Shown here: positions 19,288-30,200 of the stretch, piece after piece
How the letters are laid out: the number at the start of each line of letters is the position of its first letter
How positions within the stretch are numbered: position 1 is the stretch's first letter
IMG/VR virus record: IMGVR_UViG_3300006148_000272
Direction: 5' to 3' (one strand)
Source of the DNA: an uncultured virus (IMG/VR IMGVR_UViG_3300006148_000272)
Lineage: Duplodnaviria > Heunggongvirae > Uroviricota > Caudoviricetes
Length of the DNA stretch: 64,000 bases
Translations under genes and position numbers: made by a program
Notes under the pieces: model-generated
What the model was told of the DNA's origin: nothing
What the model saw: only the letters and a program-made list of their open reading frames with translations
Databases searched by the model: none

Positions 19288-19323
19288 TAGCCGTCCACGT
19301 TGGGAAACGCGGGCGGTTTTTTA
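19288..19323 (+). terminator. Rho-independent terminator after cI
   Basis: AGCCGTCCACGTT-GGGA-AACGCGGGCGGTT followed by a T run. Confidence 0.7.
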
Positions 19324-19375
19324 TTGCCATTACAGCCGTGTACAGTAGCATCCTCCCAGAAAAGCGCTCCTGTTC

Positions 19376-19406
19376 AGCCCTTGGCCTCCGGGTCAGGGGC
19401 TTTTTT
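19376..19406. terminator. Second hairpin/terminator
   Basis: AGCCCCT...AGGGGCT followed by a T run. Confidence 0.65.
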
Positions 19407-19419
19407 GTTAAATAAGTTT

Positions 19420-20265
19420 CTACCTAATGAGATCAAAATTATCTAGGTAATAGGTTGCGTCTTCTTGTTTATCTCGGTTATAGATAAACAATCCTCTATT
19501 GTCTTGCTTGACCTTGATTGTCATTCCGGCGTCTGATGTGCTAATATATCCTCCGTGTTGCATTCTGTTAATATCCCCATTTTGCAAAATGAGAAAACGA
19601 TTAGTCATATGCCCATCGCATGAATAGCGGAACACAATCACATAAAATATATTAGCGGTAGAGCTGTTGATAAAATTATTCGGTTTAATGAAAACAGAAA
19701 GCTTGTTTTCTTTGAAAAAAGAAGTTTTAACCTGAATAAAGAAAAATTTGTCTCCTTTTGACGCTGTAATATCAACTCCTTCATCAGCAGACATAATGCT
19801 GGCATTATAGCCACGGAATAATAATTCACTCACTACAGCAAATTCACCACCTTTACCGCAAAAGATCTTGTCGCAGGAAGTATTGGAAAAGACAAGAGGG
19901 AGTTGTACTTGCTTATCTCCTCCGGGGTTTGGTTTCTTTTTACGGTCAGGTTCTGTTCTGATGACTTGAGTACCTTTTGGCTCCGGCTTGATCTTATAAA
20001 GCCCCTTTCTGGATCTCTTCGTCTTTGGATTGATAACCTTTGCATAAACCGGTGTCTTGCTTTTGACATTGGCTGCCAAAAAAGAATTAACCTTCTTCTT
20101 CATGTCCTCAACGGATGCCCCTTGAAATTCAGCGATATGCTGAACAATATGCTCCGCTATATCGTTTACGTGGGCTTCTTTCTTACCTAATGCCTTGAAA
20201 GAAATTGAAACAGCTTCTTTAATGTCCATATTCTCCCTTATATGTATCGGTTCTTTCCAAGTCAA
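19420..20265 (-). CDS. Winged-HTH plus PD-(D/E)xK nuclease-fold protein (low-GC moron)
   Basis: GKGGEFAVVSELLFRGY...GVDI...IQVKTS motif; AT-rich; may start at MDIKEAV (20229). Confidence 0.72.
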   Translation of the reverse strand: MTWKEPIHIRENMDIKEAVSISFKALGKKEAHVNDIAEHIVQHIAEFQGASVEDMKKKVNSFLAANVKSKTPVYAKVINPKTKRSRKGLYKIKPEPKGTQVIRTEPDRKKKPNPGGDKQVQLPLVFSNTSCDKIFCGKGGEFAVVSELLFRGYNASIMSADEGVDITASKGDKFFFIQVKTSFFKENKLSVFIKPNNFINSSTANIFYVIVFRYSCDGHMTNRFLILQNGDINRMQHGGYISTSDAGMTIKVKQDNRGLFIYNRDKQEDATYYLDNFDLIR

Positions 20266-20322
20266 TAAATTCCTTTCAGAAAGTTTCGTGGTGCTTTTTA
20301 AGAATTTAGCTCTACTATTTCC

Positions 20323-21204
20323 CTACTTCGGAATCTTGAGTTGTATCTGCTTCTTGAAAAAGCTCTTAGCAAAAACTTCGGCTCCATTACTATTCCAGTC
20401 TTCTGCGTTGATCGCGTTCATATTCTTTTCTACCTCCACAACGCATGCATTCCTCTCCTGAAAATCCTTCCAAATCTGATCTGCCGTAACAACATCTGTT
20501 CCCCACAAATTGTTGGCGTTCTTGTAAATCTGGCGGCCTACATCTCTATCTCCGTCACCGATGGTCTCCATCAGGCGATTCCCAAGCATATAAGCCCGGT
20601 CATGTTCGCTAGCCAGATCAAGGAGGGAAACAGCATCTTCGCCCCAACGTACGCGGAATCTCTCTTTCGCCCCTTCATCTCCGGTAGCAAACAGCACAAG
20701 ATCCATCAAGACCATCTCCTTGGTATTCGATCCTTTCCTTGCTCTGTAACATTCCATCTTCTCTTCCTGCTTTGCTCTCGCCTGCTCCTGTTGCATTCGC
20801 TCATGGGTGGCCACCTTCTCCAGCCTTTCATTCTCTCTATATTTGACAACAGCAAAAGCGGCGGAAGCAATTACCAGAAGCACAAACAGGACTTTAACCG
20901 GACCCTTCACCTTCTTCCAGATAATGGACCATGGCGCCATAATGGACAAAAAAAGAACAATGGTTCCGGCATTCACCCACATCCAGACCTCTTTCTCCAA
21001 ATGCACCCGGAAAATGGGATTGTAAAGCAGGGCAATAGCGGCGGCTGACACGCTTCCAAAACAAACTCCCTTCTTCTGTTCCTGTGCAAATACAAAGACA
21101 GCATAAGCACAGACAGCTAAACGCAGGAACATATAATACCCGTAAGGCATCGGCAACAGCGCCACCCCCAGAAGAACGCAAACAGCAATCAGCAAGCCTT
21201 TCAT
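20323..21204 (-). CDS. Multi-pass membrane protein (DUF6804-like N-terminus) fused to a copy of the ejection-protein N-terminal segment
   Basis: LLPMPYGYYMFLRL...LLYNPIF; about 5 TMs; block identical in protein to part of the 3275-aa protein; probable start 21204. Confidence 0.8.
   Translation of the reverse strand: MKGLLIAVCVLLGVALLPMPYGYYMFLRLAVCAYAVFVFAQEQKKGVCFGSVSAAAIALLYNPIFRVHLEKEVWMWVNAGTIVLFLSIMAPWSIIWKKVKGPVKVLFVLLVIASAAFAVVKYRENERLEKVATHERMQQEQARAKQEEKMECYRARKGSNTKEMVLMDLVLFATGDEGAKERFRVRWGEDAVSLLDLASEHDRAYMLGNRLMETIGDGDRDVGRQIYKNANNLWGTDVVTADQIWKDFQERNACVVEVEKNMNAINAEDWNSNGAEVFAKSFFKKQIQLKIPK
20459..20623. repeat. 165-bp direct repeat, copy A
   Basis: 163/165 identical to 30492-30656. 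Confidence 0.95.
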
Positions 21205-21259
21205 GAGTCCACACCATAATGGCGCACAAAATGAAACACAAGCTTGCAATATTTTGGAA

Positions 21260-24200
21260 TCACTCCGCCAGCTTAAACCCAGGCTTGGACAAATTCGCCA
21301 CCCCAGCCACGGACAAGAGCCAGGACGCCACGGAATCAGCCGCCTTGCTGCGGCTCCCGGCGCCCGCTCCGGCCACGTAAGCGGCCGCCTTGGCATCCAG
21401 CAGAATCAATTCCGCCCAATCGGCAAACGTCATCTCCTTCTCCCCGGTGACGGCTTTCCACGTATTTTTGGCCGCCCGGTAAATCGCGGAATAATCAATC
21501 ACTCCGGACGCGGTGCCTGCGTAAATACGCTGTCCAGTCGCCTGCTTGTAGCCAAACTCCACCGCCGCACCCAGCATCGGCACCCCGCCAATCATGGCAA
21601 CAGGAGCCCCCAGCATGGCGCCGAACCATCCGCCGTTCTTCTCCCACTCGTCCTCGTCATCCAGCAGGGCGTGCCACAGGGCAATCACCGTCTGTTCGGC
21701 AACGGACATCATTCCATATAAAGCAAGAGCCTGCCCCCAATTCCCGGAGCTCACATGAGAAACGATCATCCCCACCTTATTCAACACCTCGGAACTCATA
21801 AAACAGGCCATCTTCGCAAACAGGCCCGTGGAAGCCCCCAGCATGCTCTTCTGGCTCTGCGTCAGCGGCTGGGCCACCAGCTCCAGCGCCCGGGTCACGC
21901 TCTGCATGCACAGGGCGTGCATCTCATCATCCGTCATCGGGACGCCGGTCCTTTTTCCTGCCTCTTCCAGCTCGGCCCACTTCGCGTTATACAGGGCGGC
22001 CATGGACACGGCATTGCTCCACACGTCCATCTTCTCAATAGCCCTCATGCCGGCCATGGAAAACCTGATCGCTCCGGTGTAATTCTGATCGGAAGCATAC
22101 CCCATCAGCTGGCTCACCAGCTCCGCCTGAGCGTCATTGGTCCTCGCCCGGAAAGCCTCCGTCTTCATCACCTCAAACACCCCCATGCGTCCGGTCATGG
22201 ACATCGTCTGCCCCAGGTGCAGCAGGAAACTCCCCATGCCAACCTCCCCGGCAAACATCCCGTGCATCAGGCCGCTGGTCTGCTTGAGCATCGTCAGCAC
22301 GTTCCAGGCCAGCAGGGCCACCGCCTTGGCGCTCTGGAAGCGGCTTGTCGCCTGGGCTCCGGCCAGCAGGGCGCCCCCCTCCATCACTCCGGCCCCGTCG
22401 ATCACATCCAGCCAGTGCCGCAGCGAATCAATCCCGTGGCGCCCCATGTGCTCCTTCAGGGACGCTGCCGCCTCCTTGTCCGCCAGAATGCCGCGCCAGC
22501 GGGCAGTAATATCCGCCGTGCAAATATAATTCTCCACCTCGGCGCTCGCCGCCTGGAACACGGCCTCGCAATCCATATTCCAGGCCAGGTGCAAATTGTG
22601 CTTCCGCCTGGGAATCAGCATCCCGTACTTCGCCCCGCCGGCCACGGCATTCGTCTGTTCCCCGAAAGACGCCTTCGTATCAAGCTTGTGGTCCGCCCGG
22701 AACACGGCCCGGAAATAATTCTCCACCGCGGGGAAGGGAACCCCCTCACGCTCCTCATACACACGGGCCAGCAGCTTTCCCTGCCGGTTCATCAGCTCCC
22801 GCAGGCCGTAGCCGAACGCCAGCCCTTCGGCGCCCACAAACTCGCGCAGGCGGGCAACCTCCGCTTCTCCAATGCCTTCATTCCGCATCGTCTCCACGTA
22901 CTCGGCCTGCTCGTAAAGCAAAATGGCATACATCGCCTGGGCGCGGGAAACCTTCAACGTCTCGCCCTTCCTGCCCGGGCGCACCACTTCCTCCTTCGCC
23001 GTAATATTCTTCCTCCTTCTGGCCCGTCCGTCTCCGGCCTTCACCAATTCATCCAGCTCGGCAAGCTGCCGGCGCATCTCCGGAATAAGCGCTTCCGGCA
23101 CGGACGCCTTATCGTCGGAAAGCCCCCGGTCATTGTACTCCTTCCTGATTGCCTTGCGTCGTTCCTCCCTCTCCTCAAAAGACAACCCCACCCACTCGCG
23201 GGCCTCGGCGATCCTCACGGTGCGCTCCACCTTCACCAGCGGATTCAGCACTACGCCGGAATCCCCTGTCTTCTTGAAATCGGAAAGAACCCTTGCCACA
23301 TCTTTGGTGCGCTGAACGCCAAAACACCGCTTAACCAGGGCCGTCACCTCCCGGTCCCGGGCGTGCTTCATATTCCTCAACGCCACATTCGCCTCGGCAA
23401 TCGCAGTAACCTCGGCATGCGCCAGACCGCGCAGGGCGGGAATCTTCTTCCATCCATTCAACAGCTGGGAATAAGACTGCAAACCGTACTTCAGGTACTT
23501 GGCCGCCTTCGTTCTCGTAGACGCCTTCGCATCCTCTTCCGCGTCACGTCCTCCCTGGGGAGTGGCCTGCCCAAGCCCTTCCACAATCTTCTCGGCCTTG
23601 AACTTCGTCCGGCGCCTCTCCTCGTCCAACCGGGTGGACCAGGCCGTCCGTCCCGTCGTGATAAACAGGGCAAGGGCGCGCGCGCAGGCGCGCGTCTGCT
23701 CCAGTCCCATCCCGGCCAGATATCCGAACGTGTGCCAATCCTTCAATTCCAGCTCGGCCGCACCCCGTTCCTCTTCGGTGGACTGGTTGCTGGAAAGCAC
23801 GCCCTCCAGCTCCAGCATTCGCTTCTCCTTCGCCTCCTGGTCCGTATTCATCATGGCGACTATCCCGTGCAAATGCCTGTAATCCTCCGCGCTCAACTTG
23901 CCCTTGTTAAACTTCCCGCTGGCCTTCTTCGTCGGCTGCACGGCCTTGATGCGGGCAACCATCTCCGCCCGCATCTGGTCGACGGCATATCGGTCTGCCT
24001 GTTCCAGCGTGCGGGCCAGCAGCTTGTCAATCACGGCATCCATGCGCTCGCTGGTATCGTCCATCAGCGTCTCCTTCTTCAGCTCATCGGAAAGCCATGC
24101 CTGACCGTCCTCCAGACGGGTGGCAAGATTCTCGGCAGCTCTCATGTAAGGGTAAAGGCCAAACCTGTACCCCTCCGGCAGCGTCTTGTAAATGGAAGCC

Positions 24201-27200
24201 ACCACGGCCATGACCCTTCCGAACGCCTCCGCGCCGTCTCCCTGCTTCACATCGTTGGCCGCGCAAACCCGGCGCCATGTCTCCAACGCTTTTGCCGTCT
24301 GGCTGCGCAGCACCTCCAAACGGTTCTTCTGCGCCTCCCGCTCCAGCGTCACCCAGACACTTTCTCTCGTGGCAAGAGAGAAACTCGCCGTCGGATCCTC
24401 ATAATCCGCCCACGCTCCCCCGGTGGACTCGTCCGCAAACGCCGTAATCTTAATATCGTTGCCGTCAAAAATCACGTAATTATACGTCTGCTTCTCCTCC
24501 GCCTTCCAGCGGGAAAAACCGTCTGCGTACCTGATGCCCCTCACTCCATGCCTTAACAGAAACTCGCTCGCCTCTCTGGGGCTTCCCAAGGCATCCTCCA
24601 ACGAGCGGTAAATCTTGCCCCCCATCCAATACCCATTTTCCGGATCCTTGTCGTTGAACAAAGAATACGCTTCTTCCTTGCCCTCATCCAGAAGCCAATC
24701 TCCTATTCTGGATGTTGTAGATGAGCCGTACCCTTTATCCCAAAACAGCAGCTCCCCTCCTTCCATGAAGTCCAAATAATCCTCCACATTCAGCTCCACG
24801 CGGTAATTGGAAGGCATGCCCGTCCTGACCTCTATCTCGTCCAGATGATCAAGCAGAGAAAGTAGAAAGCCTTCCAGCTGGACCATTTTCTCCCGCTCCT
24901 GGGGATACTCCTCCGCGTGTTTCCTGTTGATTTCAATCTCCTCCATCACCTCTCTGGCGATGTCTGAAACAGTCATGCTTCCTTTGGAGGCATCAACCAA
25001 ATCGCCAAGAACAGACCAGGCGATATCTGACGCGTCCTCCTTGGCCTCCGGCAGGGCATCCTTCGGCAAAAAACTATTTACCAGGGATCGTTGCATCACT
25101 TCTATAACGCCAGTCTCCACCTCCCGGAACTTCCATGTCGTCTTATCCTGCGCGAACTGGTTCATATAACTCCGGTTCACCTCCGGATTTTCCGCAAAAT
25201 AAAGTCCCCAGCCATACGCCTGCGCTCCTTCCCCCTTGCCCATGAACGCCGTATCAAACTTGCGAAAACTGTGAGGGGAAGCATGCAGGGCAGTAATGGA
25301 GAACGTCACCCCCGGTTCCGTAATCACAGCGTTGCCCGCCTCAAAATGGCCGTCCCGGAACAAGCCCTGTTCCTGTGCCGAAACAATGGAAAACGTAATG
25401 TCCGGATTCTTCGGATCAAACGTCCCCCGGTTGTTCGTGGAGGACTTGATCTGATTCGGCTCAAAGGCAATGTACTCCGTCCATTTACCCAGTACAGCAA
25501 TGAGTCCATCATGTCCTCTTTCTTGAGCACTATCGGCTATCTGGGCCGCTCCTGTCGCATACGGCCGGAATATTCCAAACCTGTCATCTTCATGAAAATT
25601 CCCATCCCAGATATTTAAATAATCGCCTATCTCTTCGGCGGACTTGTAATCATTAAAAATAAAAGGATTCCTGAAATTCAGAAACAGAGCCAGCTTCTTG
25701 TTCCCGTACGGAGTATTCTCCATATTGGTAAAATAAAATCCTCTACCCCATATACCATAATCAGTAGCAGATCCAATCTTGGCCTTGTCAAACACCGTGA
25801 AATCACCGTATGTCCCATGATACACCACCCTCGGCTCCCCGTTCTCGTCCACCACCTTGGAAGCATTCTGCGGATCCTTCTCCCAATCGCCAAACCAATT
25901 CTTAAACGCCGCCGTGCGCACGGCAAGCCACTGGTCTTCCGTCAGATTCGTTTCCTTCCCGTTCGGGGCCTTCATGAACGTGCCCGCAGCCACAGCTTCC
26001 TTCTTGATTGCCTCTTTTTCCAGAGATAGGGAAAACGTCGCCGGAACAATAGCCCCGTCGTCAAACCGGCATTCCACTTCATTCACGTTGACAACATGCG
26101 CCCCTTGTGGTAAGGAAAAACCATCTCCCCCGCCAGCGGATTGGGACGGCAGAGCGGCCTTGCTTGCCGATCCTGGACCTAGGCGCGCGGTGCCGCTATT
26201 CGCGTTTGCAGGTTGTCGCTCTGCAAGGGGGAGCTTCTTCCCCAGCGGCTTCTTGCCCTGCCGCACTGGATAAGCCGAGACAATGGAATAAAACCCGTCC
26301 TTCCGGTCCAATTGCAGCAGCATCCATGAAGAAGGCTGCCTTCCCTTAACCAGCAGCTCACGCCCGGGCGCCACCTCGTAAAGCTCGCTCACATTCGCCA
26401 GAATGGAACTGATATAGCGTTCCGGGGAACGGTCCTTCCAGAAGGAAAACCCGCGGGAAGCCAGGATATGGGTCAGTCCATAGCCGCGATGCTCCCCGAC
26501 ATCGGAACCCACCAGCAGCCGCACCGGCATGGCTGGCTGCCTCTTGCGGCGCGGAATCACAAACCAGTCAGGACTTCCGTCTTCCCGGGTGACGAACGTC
26601 TCCGGAGCCAGGACAGTTCCGGAACTATCCATGGCAACCACGGAAAACGTCGCCCCGGAAACGGGCACACGCTCGAACGGATTCACTTCACTCGTGCCGT
26701 CCCAGGCAAGGGCGCGGTCATGAAGGTGCAGCGCCGGGTCATGGGACTGCCATGCCCCCTTGGCTCTTTCCAAATCATGAATGGCCGCATTCAAATCTGC
26801 GTCCGTCTCCAGGCGGATGCCCATCCTGCCCGCCAAATCCTTCCGCCGGCTGATGCCTCTGGACTTCTTCAGAAGGGACAGGCGTTCGGCAATCAGGGAA
26901 ATCCCCCGGGCCGCAAAGCGGGCCACCTTCTCGCAATCCTCCTGCCAGGACGTATCGTTGCCGAACAAATCAAACGCCTCTCCCTCCCGGGACTTCTCCG
27001 CAGCCACCCGGTCCGCCTCCTTCACATAGGCCGCCACGTAATCCCACGGCTTCCCCTTCTCGCGCAGCTGCAGGGCAAGCATCTGTCCCGCCTCCGTTGA
27101 AGACAGGCGGCATACCTTCCACGCCTCGTTATCCGTAATCACCCCGTTCTTCAGGCGGGTAAACACCTCATCCCCGGCCAGGGTGGCAATATCCCAGCCC

Positions 27201-30200
27201 ATCACATTGGCGGAACCGGGGCGCAAATACCCCTGCGCCTCCATCTCGTCCCGGCCCATATTGGAATTCCGGACAAAAAAAGCCACCTCCAGCGCGGACG
27301 CCTGACCGTCCAGCATATTCTGCCCGACGTCGTGCATCTTCGCCCAAGTGGCGTCATGCGCATCATCTTCTTCATACACGTAAGCCGGAATAAACTCCAC
27401 CCCGTCGCGCACGGCCAAATCAAACCGGTGGCGTCCGGTAATCACATGCAGGGCTCCATCCCTGCGCCGCCACACGGAAATGGGCTGGGCGTCTTCCCGG
27501 AACCATCCCTGAAGCTCGCGCCCCTTCACGGCTCCGCGTTCATTATGATCTCCCTGCTTGAACTGCTCCACATCCGGCGCCAGGGCCAGGGAATCCACCC
27601 GCACCTGGGCAAACACGCAATCCGGCGCCACCCGCACAAACGCGTGATCGCGGAACTCCGCGCCGGCCTCTTCATCGTGTTCGGCCTCTTCCCCCACCCC
27701 CTCCAGGGAGCCGCCGGCATCCTCCACCAGCGGAGCGGGGGATGCCGAATTCCCGGCAATGCCGGTCACGGGATCAGTCTCATCCTCCTCTTCCGCGGTC
27801 TCTTCCACATCCTCCGCGGCATCCATCCGCGCCATGGACTCTTCCAGTGCCTCCAGCTCGCCCAGCGTCATCGTGGCATCCCCCGGAGCCCTGCGGGAAG
27901 CAAGGTCCGCGTGCACCATCTCCACATCCAGTTTCTGCGCGGCATCCATCCGCGCCTGGCGGAAAACGCTCTCCGTACTCACGCCCACGGCCTGCAGGGC
28001 GTCTGCCAGGCCTCCGTGCTCTTCCATAAACTTCTTCCCCTCGTCCGTCGCGGCAAACTCGTTCCATTGCTCGCCCATGCGTATGATGCGGGCGGAATCC
28101 TCCAGATTCTTCAGGGCGAACTCCGCGGTGTCCTTCACCCACTGTGGCACGGGCAGGCTCTCAATATCCGCCAGGGAGGAAGACAGGGACAGGTTGGAAA
28201 AACTTTCCACCACGTCCCTGGCATCATGCGCCGGGCCCTCATACGTCCCCAGACTCACGCCGTACCTTCCCAACACGGCGTCCGCCGCCTGCAAATGCTC
28301 CCACAAATCCTGCCAATCCTTCCCGGTCAGGTTCATGTAATGAACCAGGGCGGACTCCTGCACATCCTCCATCACGTTGGCCGTCGTGGCATGGCCTCCT
28401 GCGTAAAGCAGCAGGGAACTCCCAGGATCGGTCGCCATCGTAAACCGGTGGGCGAAGCTGGCCGCCGCCGTGCCGTTCCTGATCTCCTCGGATCTCCCCC
28501 TCGTAATCTCTCCGGAACGCACTGCATGATCAAGACGCCTCTCAAAAGCCGCCGCCAAATCGGCAATGGAACCAAGCTGAACCTTCCCCATCACTTCGGC
28601 ATCCGTCCTGCTTCTGGCTTCCTGGACGGACACGCCCTCTTCCCGGACAATCGCGTCAATCCTCGCCTGGGCTCGCGCGGCCACATCCATCAACCCCGGG
28701 ACGGTCATCCCTCCGGTTTCGGCGGCCGCCTTCCGGTACTCCGCAGGCGCTTCCTCGGACAACATATCCAGCGTCTCAATAAAATCCATCTTCCCGGCTT
28801 CCGAAATCGCGGCATTCCCCAGCACGGCATCCTGCATCACGCGGACGCCATTCAAATAAGCCCCCTGCAGCACTACCTGAACCAGGGCGTCCGTCTGCTC
28901 CTCGTTCATCTCCACGCTCCTGTCTTCCTCCATCTTCACGCCGTTCACTACAGCGCCCTCCCGCAGGCTCACCTCGTACCTGTCCGTTCCTTCCAGCTTG
29001 CGGATACGGCCAATGTTGGCCTTCTCCAGCACCTTGTCCAGAGCGCCGGACATCTGGTACAGCCGGGCCTCCTGCCGGTCCGCCAGCTCGGCGCCGGCCT
29101 TCCGCGCCCGTTCGGCGGCTCCTTCTGGATCCTTCAATACATCAGTCTCGAAATACTTCTGGGCCAGCGCAGCCTTGTGCTCCGCCGTGGAAAAAGACGC
29201 CATCTCTTCGGCATGCTTCTTCGTATATCCGGCCAGCTGGGCCCGCTGCGCATCCGTCACGAACGCCGCCACTTCCTGCTTCATCCTCGGAGCGTGGCCG
29301 GCAGCCATGGCCGCCACAAACAACGCGCATCCGCCGGACTGCTCCACATCCCCCATCGCCTGAAGCACGGGGCCCACCACCTCGAAATCCTTCGGCTTCA
29401 CCTCCATTCCCGTCATCCCGGACAACTTCCGGGCCGTCCACTCGAACAACTCCCCGGCCAGAGGTTCCGCCGCCATCTCTTCCACGTAGGCAAACGCCGG
29501 GGTGGAAAGCATCTTGCCGGTTCTCGTCCCGGCAAAAAACGTGCGCCCCGGCACCTTCGCGGCCAGTCTCGCCAGGGCGCCGGTTCCCGTCCTGGTCATC
29601 AGCTTGTTGATGGCCCCCATGCGCCCGAACACGGAAAACACCCCAAACCCCTTTTCCTCCACCGTATTCCGCAGCCCGTTGATCGTCACGTCCACCAGGG
29701 AATCCCCGTTGCGGGAGGCGGCATTCCCGGCGTGCCCCATATCCCCGGCCAGCGCCAGGGCCCAGCCGCCGGGAGCCATGTAGGAAAGGCTCTGCCCGGT
29801 GATATTCCCGGCTCCGTTAATCGCCTTGACGTACCAGGACGCATCAGGGCTCGTGCCCCGCATCCGCTGTCCGAACTCGTGCATCACATCCTGCATCGTA
29901 TTCAGCGCTTCGCGTCTTTGCTCGTAGCGGTCGAAGAGCTGCCTTTGTCCGTCAAACGTATCCTTCACCCCCTGCAGGGGAGCAATATTATTGGAATACC
30001 ACTCTTCCATTCCGCTCATGCCGGGAATGCCCCTCACCGCCTGAACCGCCTTCACGCCCAGGCTCTCCGCGCCGCGCGCCGTGTCGGCAAAACTTCTATA
30101 CAAATTGCGCCAGAAAGCAGCGGAATCCGTCTGGCTCTCCTGAACCTTCCGGTCAATCGCGGTCATCAGCAACATCAACGCCTGCTGGTCCAGCACCTCA

